Virus record (IMG/VR): IMGVR_UViG_3300038701_000231
Location: 1-32,307 of that record
Direction: 5' to 3' (one strand)
Source: a virus
Length of the DNA stretch: 32,307 nt
Shown: positions 1 to 6,437 of the stretch, piece by piece
Position numbering within the stretch: the first letter of the stretch is position 1
How the letters are laid out: every line of letters starts with the position of its first letter
Translations under genes and position numbers: made by a program
The notes under the pieces: generated by a model
Databases searched by the model: none
The model's input: only the letters and a program-made list of their open reading frames with translations
Told to the model about the DNA's origin: nothing

Positions 1-127
1 CTTTTTTTCGTTTTTAAGTTCTTCTATATTAGCTTCAAGTTCTAAATTTTTAGAGCCTAGATTTTTTGCCAACTTTTCCCAATTTACTTTTTCCATATTT
101 ATTAATTTAAGGTTGTGTACAAATTGT
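1..127. repeat. Terminal direct repeat, identical to 32181..32307 (circular-contig overlap or terminal redundancy)
   Basis: Direct reading: the first 127 nt (ctttttttcgtttttaagtt...ggttgtgtacaaattgt) equal the last 127 nt. Bases 1..96 duplicate the 5' part of ORF 32073..32276. Confidence 0.95.
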
Positions 128-180
128 CCCTACCCTTTTACACGCTTCGTCATACAACAATGTATATAATTAATTACTAC

Positions 181-507
181 TTATGGTTTAAATTCAAGTT
201 CAGTACCATTTAACGCAAAAAACAAATTTTGTAAAGTATGTACATAATCAATTATAGTTACTGCTTTTTTACCGCCAAAAACAAAACCTCTTTTTCTTTT
301 ATGTACAAAAAAACTTTTATTTACAAAAGTGTATTTATCTAATTGCTTAAATCCTAAATCTAACAACCACGCATCATCTAATAATATAGGGTTGTAAGTT
401 TTTTCTATCCAGTTCCCCTCAAAGCTACTGTTTGTTAAGGTTGTAAAGTCATCTTTTTTGGCTTTATACTGTACCCAATTCCCAATTCTAAAGTTTTTTG
501 CTTCCAT
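181..507 (-). CDS. Hypothetical early protein (108 aa)
   Basis: ATG-initiated ORF in the uniform minus-strand array. Preceded by an early-box-like element at 151..178. No family recognised. Confidence 0.6.
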   Translation of the reverse strand: MEAKNFRIGNWVQYKAKKDDFTTLTNSSFEGNWIEKTYNPILLDDAWLLDLGFKQLDKYTFVNKSFFVHKRKRGFVFGGKKAVTIIDYVHTLQNLFFALNGTELEFKP

Positions 508-550
508 TATTTATTAATTTAAATTTATTTCTTTTTATTCCGTAACTAAT

Positions 551-573
551 CATATACAAATACGTTGTAGTGC
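551..573 (-). promoter_or_regulatory. Early box
   Basis: Minus strand GCACTACAACGTATTTGTATATG, 43 nt before the ATG at 507. Confidence 0.5.
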
Positions 574-647
574 ATTAAAACGACACTACAACACAGTATA
601 AAAACTATGCTTAGTGTCGTTATTAAATCAAACTTTAGGCTAATGCT

Positions 648-1058
648 TTATTTTTTTTCTTTCCACGCTTCCCATTCGTAGTGTTCAGAAATTTTATCTA
701 AAGCAGGTATTCCGTAAGAAGTATAATTGTCAATTAAGTCAATTACCTCGTTGTAAAACTCTTTGCTTTCAAGCCAAATCCAAGTCTTAAAATGAAGCAT
801 ACTTCTTCCTGCACTCAATCCTCTTTCACCTTCTGCTTTTTCATAAGCAAAGTCAAGGTATTCTAAAATTTCTTTTTTAGGGTCTGTACTTTGTTCCCAC
901 TTTTCTTCACCGCTTTCAACCTGTTTTACATATTCTTCTTTTAGATATGGCTTTGCGTTTTCAAAGGTCATATAACTAATCAAGTCGCCTTGTTGTGTTC
1001 CAAACAGGTCGTCAGCTTTGTCAAATCTTTCCTTAATTTCTTCTTGTGTTCTAATCAT
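648..1058 (-). CDS. Hypothetical protein (136 aa from the first ATG; the track ORF starts at a TTG at 1085)
   Basis: The codon at 1083..1085 is TTG. The first ATG is at 1056..1058 (MIRTQEEIKERF...). Confidence 0.6.
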   Translation of the reverse strand: MIRTQEEIKERFDKADDLFGTQQGDLISYMTFENAKPYLKEEYVKQVESGEEKWEQSTDPKKEILEYLDFAYEKAEGERGLSAGRSMLHFKTWIWLESKEFYNEVIDLIDNYTSYGIPALDKISEHYEWEAWKEKK

Positions 1059-1150
1059 TGTTTTAAATTTTATGCCAACGCTCAAAAAAAATAAAGCGTC
1101 AACGGTTCGTGTTTATATTAAATTTTCGTGCTTAAAGTCGCACAATTTTT

Positions 1151-1168
1151 ATACTAAACGTTAGGTGC
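1151..1168 (-). promoter_or_regulatory. Early box
   Basis: Minus strand GCACCTAACGTTTAGTAT. Starts 4 nt after the stop of the upstream ORF. Confidence 0.5.
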
Positions 1169-1172
1169 AATT

Positions 1173-1334
1173 TTACCACGGCTCACCACATTTTTTACAA
1201 TACCAGTCAAATGGCGAAGGTTGTTTATAATACACTTTATGTTCTTTGCAATCGTGGTAAAACAGTCCGCTTCGCCACCTAACAAAGTGTATGAAATATA
1301 CTAGCTTGGTCTTTATTTGTTTAAGTATCTTCAT
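1173..1334 (-). CDS. Small Cys/His-containing protein (53 aa), possible zinc ribbon
   Basis: The track ORF starts at a TTG (1376) inside the upstream gene. The ATG at 1332..1334 lies just after the upstream stop at 1348. Contains HDCKEH...YCKKCG. Confidence 0.5.
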   Translation of the reverse strand: MKILKQIKTKLVYFIHFVRWRSGLFYHDCKEHKVYYKQPSPFDWYCKKCGEPW

Positions 1335-1347
1335 AATCCAAATAATT

Positions 1348-1566
1348 TTAAGGTAAGTACCTTTTTGCATCGCCAAAATAATCGTTCCATTGGTCTTTTA
1401 AATCATCATCGACTTCTTGCCAATTAAGTTCTTCTTTTATAGCAACCGCATCTAACACATCATTTTCACTTTCAGCTTTTCTAAGAGTTTTTATTGCAAA
1501 TAACATTTTGGCTTTTTTTCTTTGCTTTTCTATGTTCTGTAAATGCCATTCAATAGTTTTTTCCAT
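1348..1566 (-). CDS. Hypothetical protein (72 aa)
   Basis: ATG ORF. An early box lies 60 nt upstream of its start. Confidence 0.6.
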   Translation of the reverse strand: MEKTIEWHLQNIEKQRKKAKMLFAIKTLRKAESENDVLDAVAIKEELNWQEVDDDLKDQWNDYFGDAKRYLP

Positions 1567-1625
1567 CGTTAAAATTATTTATAAGTGTTTATTTTTCAAA
1601 TTCTGTTCTTAGTAAACGTACATTT

Positions 1626-1646
1626 CATACACAAACCGTTATGCGC
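1626..1646 (-). promoter_or_regulatory. Early box
   Basis: Minus strand GCGCATAACGGTTTGTGTATG. Starts 2 nt after the upstream stop and lies 59 nt before the ATG at 1566. Confidence 0.5.
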
Positions 1647-1648
1647 AA

Positions 1649-1894
1649 TTAGTCCCATTCCCAACTATGAAGGTTTCTGTTTTCAATACCACAGCGCAAA
1701 GCTTTATCAATATCACAATGATATATCACAGTTTCATCATTTATTCTCATACAAGTAATACCCATCAATGCGCTGTTAAACTTGTCCATATTAATGTTTG
1801 GGTAGTCTTTTAATAAAGTGTCAATTTCACTTTGAACAAAACCTTCTTTGTTCTTTGTTTTGAAGTTGTAAACTTTTTCTCTAATGTTTTCCAT
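1649..1894 (-). CDS. Hypothetical protein (81 aa)
   Basis: ATG ORF in the minus-strand array. No family recognised. Confidence 0.6.
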   Translation of the reverse strand: MENIREKVYNFKTKNKEGFVQSEIDTLLKDYPNINMDKFNSALMGITCMRINDETVIYHCDIDKALRCGIENRNLHSWEWD

Positions 1895-1987
1895 TTTTCA
1901 ATCAATTAAAAGCGCATAACAATGTATATAGTTAATGCACTTGCGAAGTTAGTGCTATTATTTTTAGCTTTCGGTAAGCGCACTAAC

Positions 1988-2008
1988 CATATACTTACCG
2001 TTATATGC
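1988..2008 (-). promoter_or_regulatory. Early box
   Basis: Minus strand GCATATAACGGTAAGTATATG, directly after the terminator at 2019..2045. Confidence 0.5.
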
Positions 2009-2010
2009 AA

Positions 2011-2029
2011 TAAACTAATAAAAACCGCC
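2011..2029. repeat. Left arm of a perfect 19-bp inverted repeat (TAAACTAATAAAAACCGCC)
   Basis: Exact reverse complement of 2685..2703. Confidence 0.9.
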
Positions 2030-2045
2030 ACCACTCATACGTGGC
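2019..2045 (-). terminator. Intrinsic terminator after ORF 2076..2381 (overlaps the left IR arm)
   Basis: Minus strand: GCCAC-gtatgagtg-GTGGC followed by GGTTTTTATT. Confidence 0.6.
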
Positions 2046-2075
2046 ATAACCACTATCCATATACGAAGTATATAG

Positions 2076-2381
2076 TTAATGGTTAGCCTTTTTATGTTTC
2101 CAATTCTCAATATCAGCGTGAGTAACATTGTGTTTATTAAAATCGCTTACATTTTCAGCTCGTTCCGTACTTAAAAGATAGTTCCCTAAATCCGTAAGTT
2201 CACTTTCATTACAACAATCCATAAAATCAACTTTTTTCATTTGTTTGATCATTGATAATTGAATTTCACAAACGTGCAATATCATTTCTTGCTCATCTTC
2301 AGAACAAGGGTCGTTAACTTGCACCTCTTTAACGAAAGTTTGCAATCTTTCCCAAAATCTTTTTTTGTCTTTATTTTCCAT
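2076..2381 (-). CDS. Hypothetical acidic, Cys-containing protein (101 aa) inside the IR-flanked cassette
   Basis: ATG ORF followed by a hairpin plus U-run terminator. Confidence 0.6.
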   Translation of the reverse strand: MENKDKKRFWERLQTFVKEVQVNDPCSEDEQEMILHVCEIQLSMIKQMKKVDFMDCCNESELTDLGNYLLSTERAENVSDFNKHNVTHADIENWKHKKANH

Positions 2382-2418
2382 TTTGTCAGGTTTTAATTTT
2401 ACTTTTTTATTTATTTTG

Positions 2419-2652
2419 TCAGGTCATAACCTTACTTTTATAAACATTTATAACACTCGTTAAAAAATCTTTAATTATTTCTACTTCTTGCAAATCAAAA
2501 GTATGATGGTATTCTTGCCTTTCTGTTTTTTTATCTGCTTTTAACCACATCATAATATCAATAACTCGGTCATTATCAACCATAGTTGGCTGTATAGAAA
2601 TTTCATCTTCTTCATCAAATTGCTCTTTTATAATTGTCAAACTTTGTATCAT
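2419..2652 (-). CDS. Hypothetical strongly acidic protein (77 aa) inside the IR-flanked cassette
   Basis: ATG ORF with about 16 Asp/Glu against 9 Lys/Arg by eye. Confidence 0.6.
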   Translation of the reverse strand: MIQSLTIIKEQFDEEDEISIQPTMVDNDRVIDIMMWLKADKKTERQEYHHTFDLQEVEIIKDFLTSVINVYKSKVMT

Positions 2653-2684
2653 AATATTGTTTTTTATGCCTGCTATCGCAGTCA

Positions 2685-2703
2685 GGCGGTTTTTATTAGT
2701 TTA
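2685..2703. repeat. Right arm of the perfect 19-bp inverted repeat (GGCGGTTTTTATTAGTTTA)
   Basis: Exact reverse complement of 2011..2029. The adjacent hairpin is GCCTG-N10-CAGGC at 2668..2687. Confidence 0.9.
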
Positions 2704-2760
2704 CTGTTCGCTCGTACCTCGCCATATAACACCGTATAACTTGCACTAAAGCGACAAGTT

Positions 2761-2779
2761 ATACTTTACCGTTAGCGGC
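2761..2779 (-). promoter_or_regulatory. Early box
   Basis: Minus strand GCCGCTAACGGTAAAGTAT. Its TAA is the stop codon of ORF 2772..3011. Confidence 0.5.
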
Positions 2780-3011
2780 AATATTTAACCGTGTCGTTAA
2801 CTTGATAAGCTGTATTTGTCCAAAGAATCTGTGTTGTTGGAAACCCATCAATAAAAACTTTGTATTTGTAACCTTTGTGCCCTTCAGCATTTTCAACTTT
2901 TTGAACCACAGATTCTTTTTCGTAAATGTAATTGTGGCATCCTGTGAATAATACTGCCGCTAACACTGCATAAAGTGAATAGCGCAATTTGTTGTTTAAT
3001 TGAAATTTCAT
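2772..3011 (-). CDS. Predicted lipoprotein (79 aa)
   Basis: N-terminal signal peptide with lipobox: ...YAVLAAVLFTG-C-HNY. Confidence 0.65.
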   Translation of the reverse strand: MKFQLNNKLRYSLYAVLAAVLFTGCHNYIYEKESVVQKVENAEGHKGYKYKVFIDGFPTTQILWTNTAYQVNDTVKYCR

Positions 3012-3094
3012 ATTCCTAAGTTTAAGTTGTTACTAATTTGAAAGTGTAGCTTTTCAAGTGCGCTACTCACCTTATGCTTGTACGTTGTGCTTGA

Positions 3095-3247
3095 TTATTT
3101 TGCTACCATCCGTTCATAAACAACAATAGCGAGTTTTAGCCAACGTGGTATTTGTCTATTTGGCTGAGTAACCGACTTTACAGAGTCAGCACTATTACCA
3201 GTTATTTCAGCAATATCGGAGTTAGTCAATCCTAACCCCGATTTCAT
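3095..3247 (-). CDS. Small helix-turn-helix DNA-binding protein (50 aa), not in the ORF track
   Basis: Hand translation: MKSGLGLTNSDIAEITGNSADSVKSVTQPNRQIPRWLKLAIVVYERMVAK. It starts 13 nt after the stop of 3261..3458. LTNSDIAEITGNSADSVKSV reads as an HTH. Confidence 0.55.
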   Translation of the reverse strand: MKSGLGLTNSDIAEITGNSADSVKSVTQPNRQIPRWLKLAIVVYERMVAK

Positions 3248-3260
3248 CGCCTTGTACCTA

Positions 3261-3458
3261 CTATGCCAATTCATTTTGCTTCTTTTCTATTGCTACATCA
3301 ATGTAACCTACATATCTTGAATGTTTAGCAGATTCTTTATCGTTTAACCCTATAAAGTCAAGCATATAGTCAACGTGCTTTTCTCTAAATGACTTTAATT
3401 CTTCTAAAGTCATTTCTTTTAATTGCCTTCTGAAATCAAATTTTTTAGTGTAACTCAT
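3261..3458 (-). CDS. Hypothetical protein (65 aa), first gene of the small-ORF + HTH pair
   Basis: ATG ORF preceded by about 160 nt of AT-rich non-coding DNA with repeats. Confidence 0.6.
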   Translation of the reverse strand: MSYTKKFDFRRQLKEMTLEELKSFREKHVDYMLDFIGLNDKESAKHSRYVGYIDVAIEKKQNELA

Positions 3459-3482
3459 AACTTTTGTTTTTAATTATGATGT

Positions 3483-3534
3483 AAAAGTAAACATAAATTT
3501 ACAAACTACCAAATAAAAGTAAATTTATTTTTAC
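3483..3534 (-). promoter_or_regulatory. Repeat-bearing AT-rich region (candidate operator/promoter)
   Basis: AAAAGTAAA occurs at 3483..3491 and 3515..3523. The palindrome TAAATTTA occurs at 3494..3501 and 3520..3527. Confidence 0.3.
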
Positions 3535-3607
3535 ATTTTAACATTATTTAATAAATAACTAAGCATAACATCGGTTATAATTTACGGCTGAAAAGCAACA
3601 GTGCGGT

Positions 3608-3626
3608 TATACTTGCCGTTATAACC
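3608..3626 (-). promoter_or_regulatory. Early box
   Basis: Minus strand GGTTATAACGGCAAGTATA. Its TAA is the stop codon of ORF 3619..3816. Confidence 0.5.
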
Positions 3627-3816
3627 TATCTAAAATAATCTGCTCTATATTCTTTAACTGTATGTCGTTTAGTAGTTCGTATATATCCCATCCACCAGCA
3701 TAAACAGCTTCTATTCTTACCTCATCTGCACTACCTATGTAATCCCAAGTTTGTGGCTCACCTTTGTAGTATTCAAAATCTACTTCTAACTCTATACCCT
3801 CGTATGTTACTTTCAT
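3619..3816 (-). CDS. Hypothetical protein (65 aa)
   Basis: ATG ORF overlapping the upstream gene by 4 nt (ATGA coupling). Confidence 0.6.
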   Translation of the reverse strand: MKVTYEGIELEVDFEYYKGEPQTWDYIGSADEVRIEAVYAGGWDIYELLNDIQLKNIEQIILDRL

Positions 3817-4088
3817 AACTCGTACCTTTTTATTTTTTCTTCTAGTTCCTTAACCCTATCCTGTAGGTTTAAAATCATTTCATTCTTCTGACTTCGTATT
3901 AATGATATTCTTTTATGTAGTACATCAACCTCTGTTTGTAATGAATTAGTAAATGTTCCTATCTCATTAAGTGCTTTAACGCAGTTCTTTAAATCTGGGT
4001 TTGTTGGTTTCGCATCTCGCCATTCTATTATCTTATTGCCTATCCAGTTAAACCATAAATGATAGGCTTGTTTATGCATCAGTTCCAT
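3813..4088 (-). CDS. Hypothetical coiled-coil protein (91 aa)
   Basis: ATG ORF. The C-terminal half has a heptad-like pattern rich in charged residues. Confidence 0.6.
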   Translation of the reverse strand: MELMHKQAYHLWFNWIGNKIIEWRDAKPTNPDLKNCVKALNEIGTFTNSLQTEVDVLHKRISLIRSQKNEMILNLQDRVKELEEKIKRYEL

Positions 4089-4264
4089 TATAAAAAGTAA
4101 GCTATAATTAAACCAATCAAGAAAAATAATAAGGCTACTGAAAGTTTACAAATAACATCTTTGTAAAACTTTTGTTTTTCTAGCTTCTTTTGTAGTTCTT
4201 TTTCTGTAAAAACCTCAATACGGTTTTTTCGTGTTTCAATGTGTAGTCCTGTCTTTGTTTTCAT
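4088..4264 (-). CDS. Small tail-anchored membrane protein (58 aa), not in the ORF track
   Basis: Hand translation: MKTKTGLHIETRKNRIEVFTEKELQKKLEKQKFYKDVICKLSVALLFFLIGLIIAYFL. TAATG overlap with the next gene. A promoter lies directly upstream. Confidence 0.5.
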   Translation of the reverse strand: MKTKTGLHIETRKNRIEVFTEKELQKKLEKQKFYKDVICKLSVALLFFLIGLIIAYFL

Positions 4265-4306
4265 TTTGTTTTAGTTTAGTGCAGATAGTGTCTGCATTGT
4301 TTTCAA

Positions 4307-4338
4307 CAAATATAAAAACCTTTTTCTTTATAAACAAA
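4307..4338 (-). promoter_or_regulatory. Bacteroidetes-type promoter (TTTG-N20-TATATTTG)
   Basis: The minus strand reads TTTG (4338..4335), then 20 nt, then TATATTTG (4314..4307). A 6-bp hairpin TGCAGA/TCTGCA at 4281..4297 lies in the leader. Confidence 0.55.
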
Positions 4339-4349
4339 CAATTAACACA

Positions 4350-4763
4350 TTAATTTTTAAAATCATTCAAATTAACAATAGATGCTTGGCTTTCATCTAG
4401 CAAATAACAAGGCTTCAATACTTTCTTTTTAGTCCATAAAGTCGTGTCTGGGCAGTACATATCTTTGACCTTTAGGTCTGTTAAGTTGTTAAGCCAAAAC
4501 ATATAATTGCCCTCAGGGTCATTCACAAAGTATAAAGCTATTTTACCTGTCGCTATTAGTTTATCGTATTTATAAACCTCTAGCATTTTTTCTTGGTAGT
4601 ACTTGTTCCTGAACTTCATTTCAATTACCACCTCTGTTCCCTTTGGACTTGTACCTATGGCATCATAGCTTTCAAATCCTTTGCCTGTGTGTTTAAGATT
4701 CCAACCATCTAGGTTTAATAATTGTATAACTGTTTGTTCCCATTTGTGTACATTTTTAATCAT
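4350..4763 (-). CDS. PD-(D/E)XK-fold nuclease (137 aa), resolvase/restriction-endonuclease-like
   Basis: D...ExK arrangement: YDAIG...(13 aa)...VVIEMKF. Confidence 0.5.
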   Translation of the reverse strand: MIKNVHKWEQTVIQLLNLDGWNLKHTGKGFESYDAIGTSPKGTEVVIEMKFRNKYYQEKMLEVYKYDKLIATGKIALYFVNDPEGNYMFWLNNLTDLKVKDMYCPDTTLWTKKKVLKPCYLLDESQASIVNLNDFKN

Positions 4764-4954
4764 TGATTGTAGATTCTGTCAATGTCTTTAATCCAGCGTA
4801 ACAATTCTTTTGGTCTGCAGCTGCAAGGCTCGTAATAGTTATGATTGTAGTATTTAGCGTGTAGCCTACATAATAGTTTGTATTGCGGCTTGGTTAGTTT
4901 AGTTGTAACCTCAGATTTAAATTTTTCCCAGTCGTTTTTGTCGTTTACTTCCAT
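4760..4954 (-). CDS. Hypothetical protein (64 aa)
   Basis: ATG ORF with a 4-nt overlap with the downstream gene. Confidence 0.55.
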   Translation of the reverse strand: MEVNDKNDWEKFKSEVTTKLTKPQYKLLCRLHAKYYNHNYYEPCSCRPKELLRWIKDIDRIYNQ

Positions 4955-5088
4955 AATTCAATATCATTCCAGTTATCTCTTCTTTTATCGCATCCGCAGT
5001 CTTTACCTAGCAACTTGCTTATTTTTTTAACAATCCATCTGATGCCTGTGTAATAGGTTATATAATATATTAAATTTCCTAGTTTCAT
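4945..5088 (-). CDS. Small ORF (47 aa), not in the ORF track
   Basis: ATGA overlap with the sigma-factor stop. Hand translation: MKLGNLIYYITYYTGIRWIVKKISKLLGKDCGCDKRRDNWNDIELWK. It fills an otherwise 130-nt gap. Confidence 0.4.
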   Translation of the reverse strand: MKLGNLIYYITYYTGIRWIVKKISKLLGKDCGCDKRRDNWNDIELWK

Positions 5089-5576
5089 AAATGTTCTTTT
5101 ATATATTTCTTTGCATTGGTGTAAGTGTTATAAAGCGAATAGTAACTTATAGTCGTTTCCCTGCTCAATTCAGCTACACTCTTACCACTTGCACAAATCT
5201 CAAATACCTTTCGGTCATACCAATACATATCGTCTAAAATAGCATCTATTTGCTCTTTACGTTTAGCGTATTCCACCTCATCTATTCCTAACTCTTCAGC
5301 TTGTTTAAGTTCGTTTATCTCTTCTATGTATTTTTTTATAACTCGTGCCTCTTTTTTGTAGATGTTTAAATATATACCTCTAAGAACCTTATAACAATAA
5401 TAGTGATTTACATCTTCACCATACCATAAATCCAAACCTTTTTGAACGTCTGTAATTAATTGTAAGTACATTTCTTGCACTATGTCCTCTGCTGTGCTTT
5501 CATTACATCCAAAGGACTTAACCACGTTAATCCAGTCTTGATGTTTAAGGTATGCTATTTCTATTAGTGTTTTCAT
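5085..5576 (-). CDS. Phage-encoded sigma-70 family (ECF-like) sigma factor (163 aa)
   Basis: Region-2-like TAEDIVQEMYLQLI...YKVLRGIYLNIYKKEAR. Region-4 HTH-like RKVFEICASGKSVAELSRETTISYYSLYNTYTNAKKYI. Confidence 0.65.
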   Translation of the reverse strand: MKTLIEIAYLKHQDWINVVKSFGCNESTAEDIVQEMYLQLITDVQKGLDLWYGEDVNHYYCYKVLRGIYLNIYKKEARVIKKYIEEINELKQAEELGIDEVEYAKRKEQIDAILDDMYWYDRKVFEICASGKSVAELSRETTISYYSLYNTYTNAKKYIKEHL

Positions 5577-6424
5577 AATTTTCTTGGCACATAATATTCT
5601 AAAGGGTCGTATATCTCACCAACTACAAACGGATAACCTATCTCGTTTATATCAAAGCTAAAGTTATCAAAACTAAATCCTCTACTTCTTTTACAGCTTA
5701 CAGTTACTCTACCTATGTTTACCGTGTTATTTTCTAATTGTATCTGTGTTTCTGCTTTTTTTTCTAAAAATGACCCCAAATGTCCTGTTGGCTTATCGCT
5801 TCCAAAATTAGAATGTATTACTGTTATGATATGGCAATTATATTTTGCTGACCATTCCATTAACTTCTGAACACAAAGATTTGATTCTTCTAAGTTGTTT
5901 ACATCGCTAACTAAATCAGCAATACCATCTATAATTACTAAACCGTTGTTTTCGTTTTCTTTTAATATATACTCAATAAACTCAATCCTTTGTTTGTAGT
6001 TTATAGTCCTTAAAGCGTATGTCTGGTAACATCCTATATCTTTTGTGTTAGCCATATCTACAACTCTTTTAAATACCTTTTGAGAGTGCCAGTGTCCTTG
6101 TTCTGTATCGAAATGAATCAAACACTTTCCATCTCTATGTCCTCTTATATTACCACCAAAATTATTACCACCACTCAAATAAACAGATGCTAGTAATGAT
6201 ATAAAGAACGTTTTCTTTGTTTTTGGCGGTGCTTGAACAAATGAAAAATTGCCATAAGTTCCAATGGGTATTTTAAAGGTCTTGTTTCCTTTTTTTGTCT
6301 GTATTGTTTTTTCACCGTAGCTTAATGCTATTGGCGGATAGTCCATAACCTCAGAAGTAGAAATAGCACACTCTTCTTTGATTAGTTCCATCAACATATT
6401 TTTTGTCGTCTCTTGTTCTGTCAT
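5573..6424 (-). CDS. RecA-fold ATPase, DnaB/RepA-like replicative helicase candidate (283 aa)
   Basis: Deviant Walker A APPKTKKT, Walker B LVIIDGIADL and ITVIHSN. Located next to the SSB gene. Confidence 0.5.
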   Translation of the reverse strand: MTEQETTKNMLMELIKEECAISTSEVMDYPPIALSYGEKTIQTKKGNKTFKIPIGTYGNFSFVQAPPKTKKTFFISLLASVYLSGGNNFGGNIRGHRDGKCLIHFDTEQGHWHSQKVFKRVVDMANTKDIGCYQTYALRTINYKQRIEFIEYILKENENNGLVIIDGIADLVSDVNNLEESNLCVQKLMEWSAKYNCHIITVIHSNFGSDKPTGHLGSFLEKKAETQIQLENNTVNIGRVTVSCKRSRGFSFDNFSFDINEIGYPFVVGEIYDPLEYYVPRKL

Positions 6425-6437
6425 AACGTAAAATTAT

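Noticed and set aside
1-127. 127-bp terminal repeats as biological direct terminal repeats (DTR packaging).
   Set aside because: The repeat cuts through an ORF, and its length equals a common maximal assembler k-mer. Assembly overlap of a circular path is more parsimonious, though this was not disproven.
648-1085. N-terminal extensions in the ORF track that begin with non-ATG codons: 648..1085, 1173..1376, 7705..8121, 16174..16737 and 30655..30912.
   Set aside because: Each starts at a TTG that lies in the upstream gene, in a terminator or in non-coding DNA. A properly placed ATG follows within 2-15 codons, so the shorter ATG models are preferred.
2668-2700. Hairpin plus T-run read as a terminator for a plus-strand gene.
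   Set aside because: No credible plus-strand gene ends here. It is better explained as the inverted partner of the 2011..2045 element; see the IR-cassette finding.
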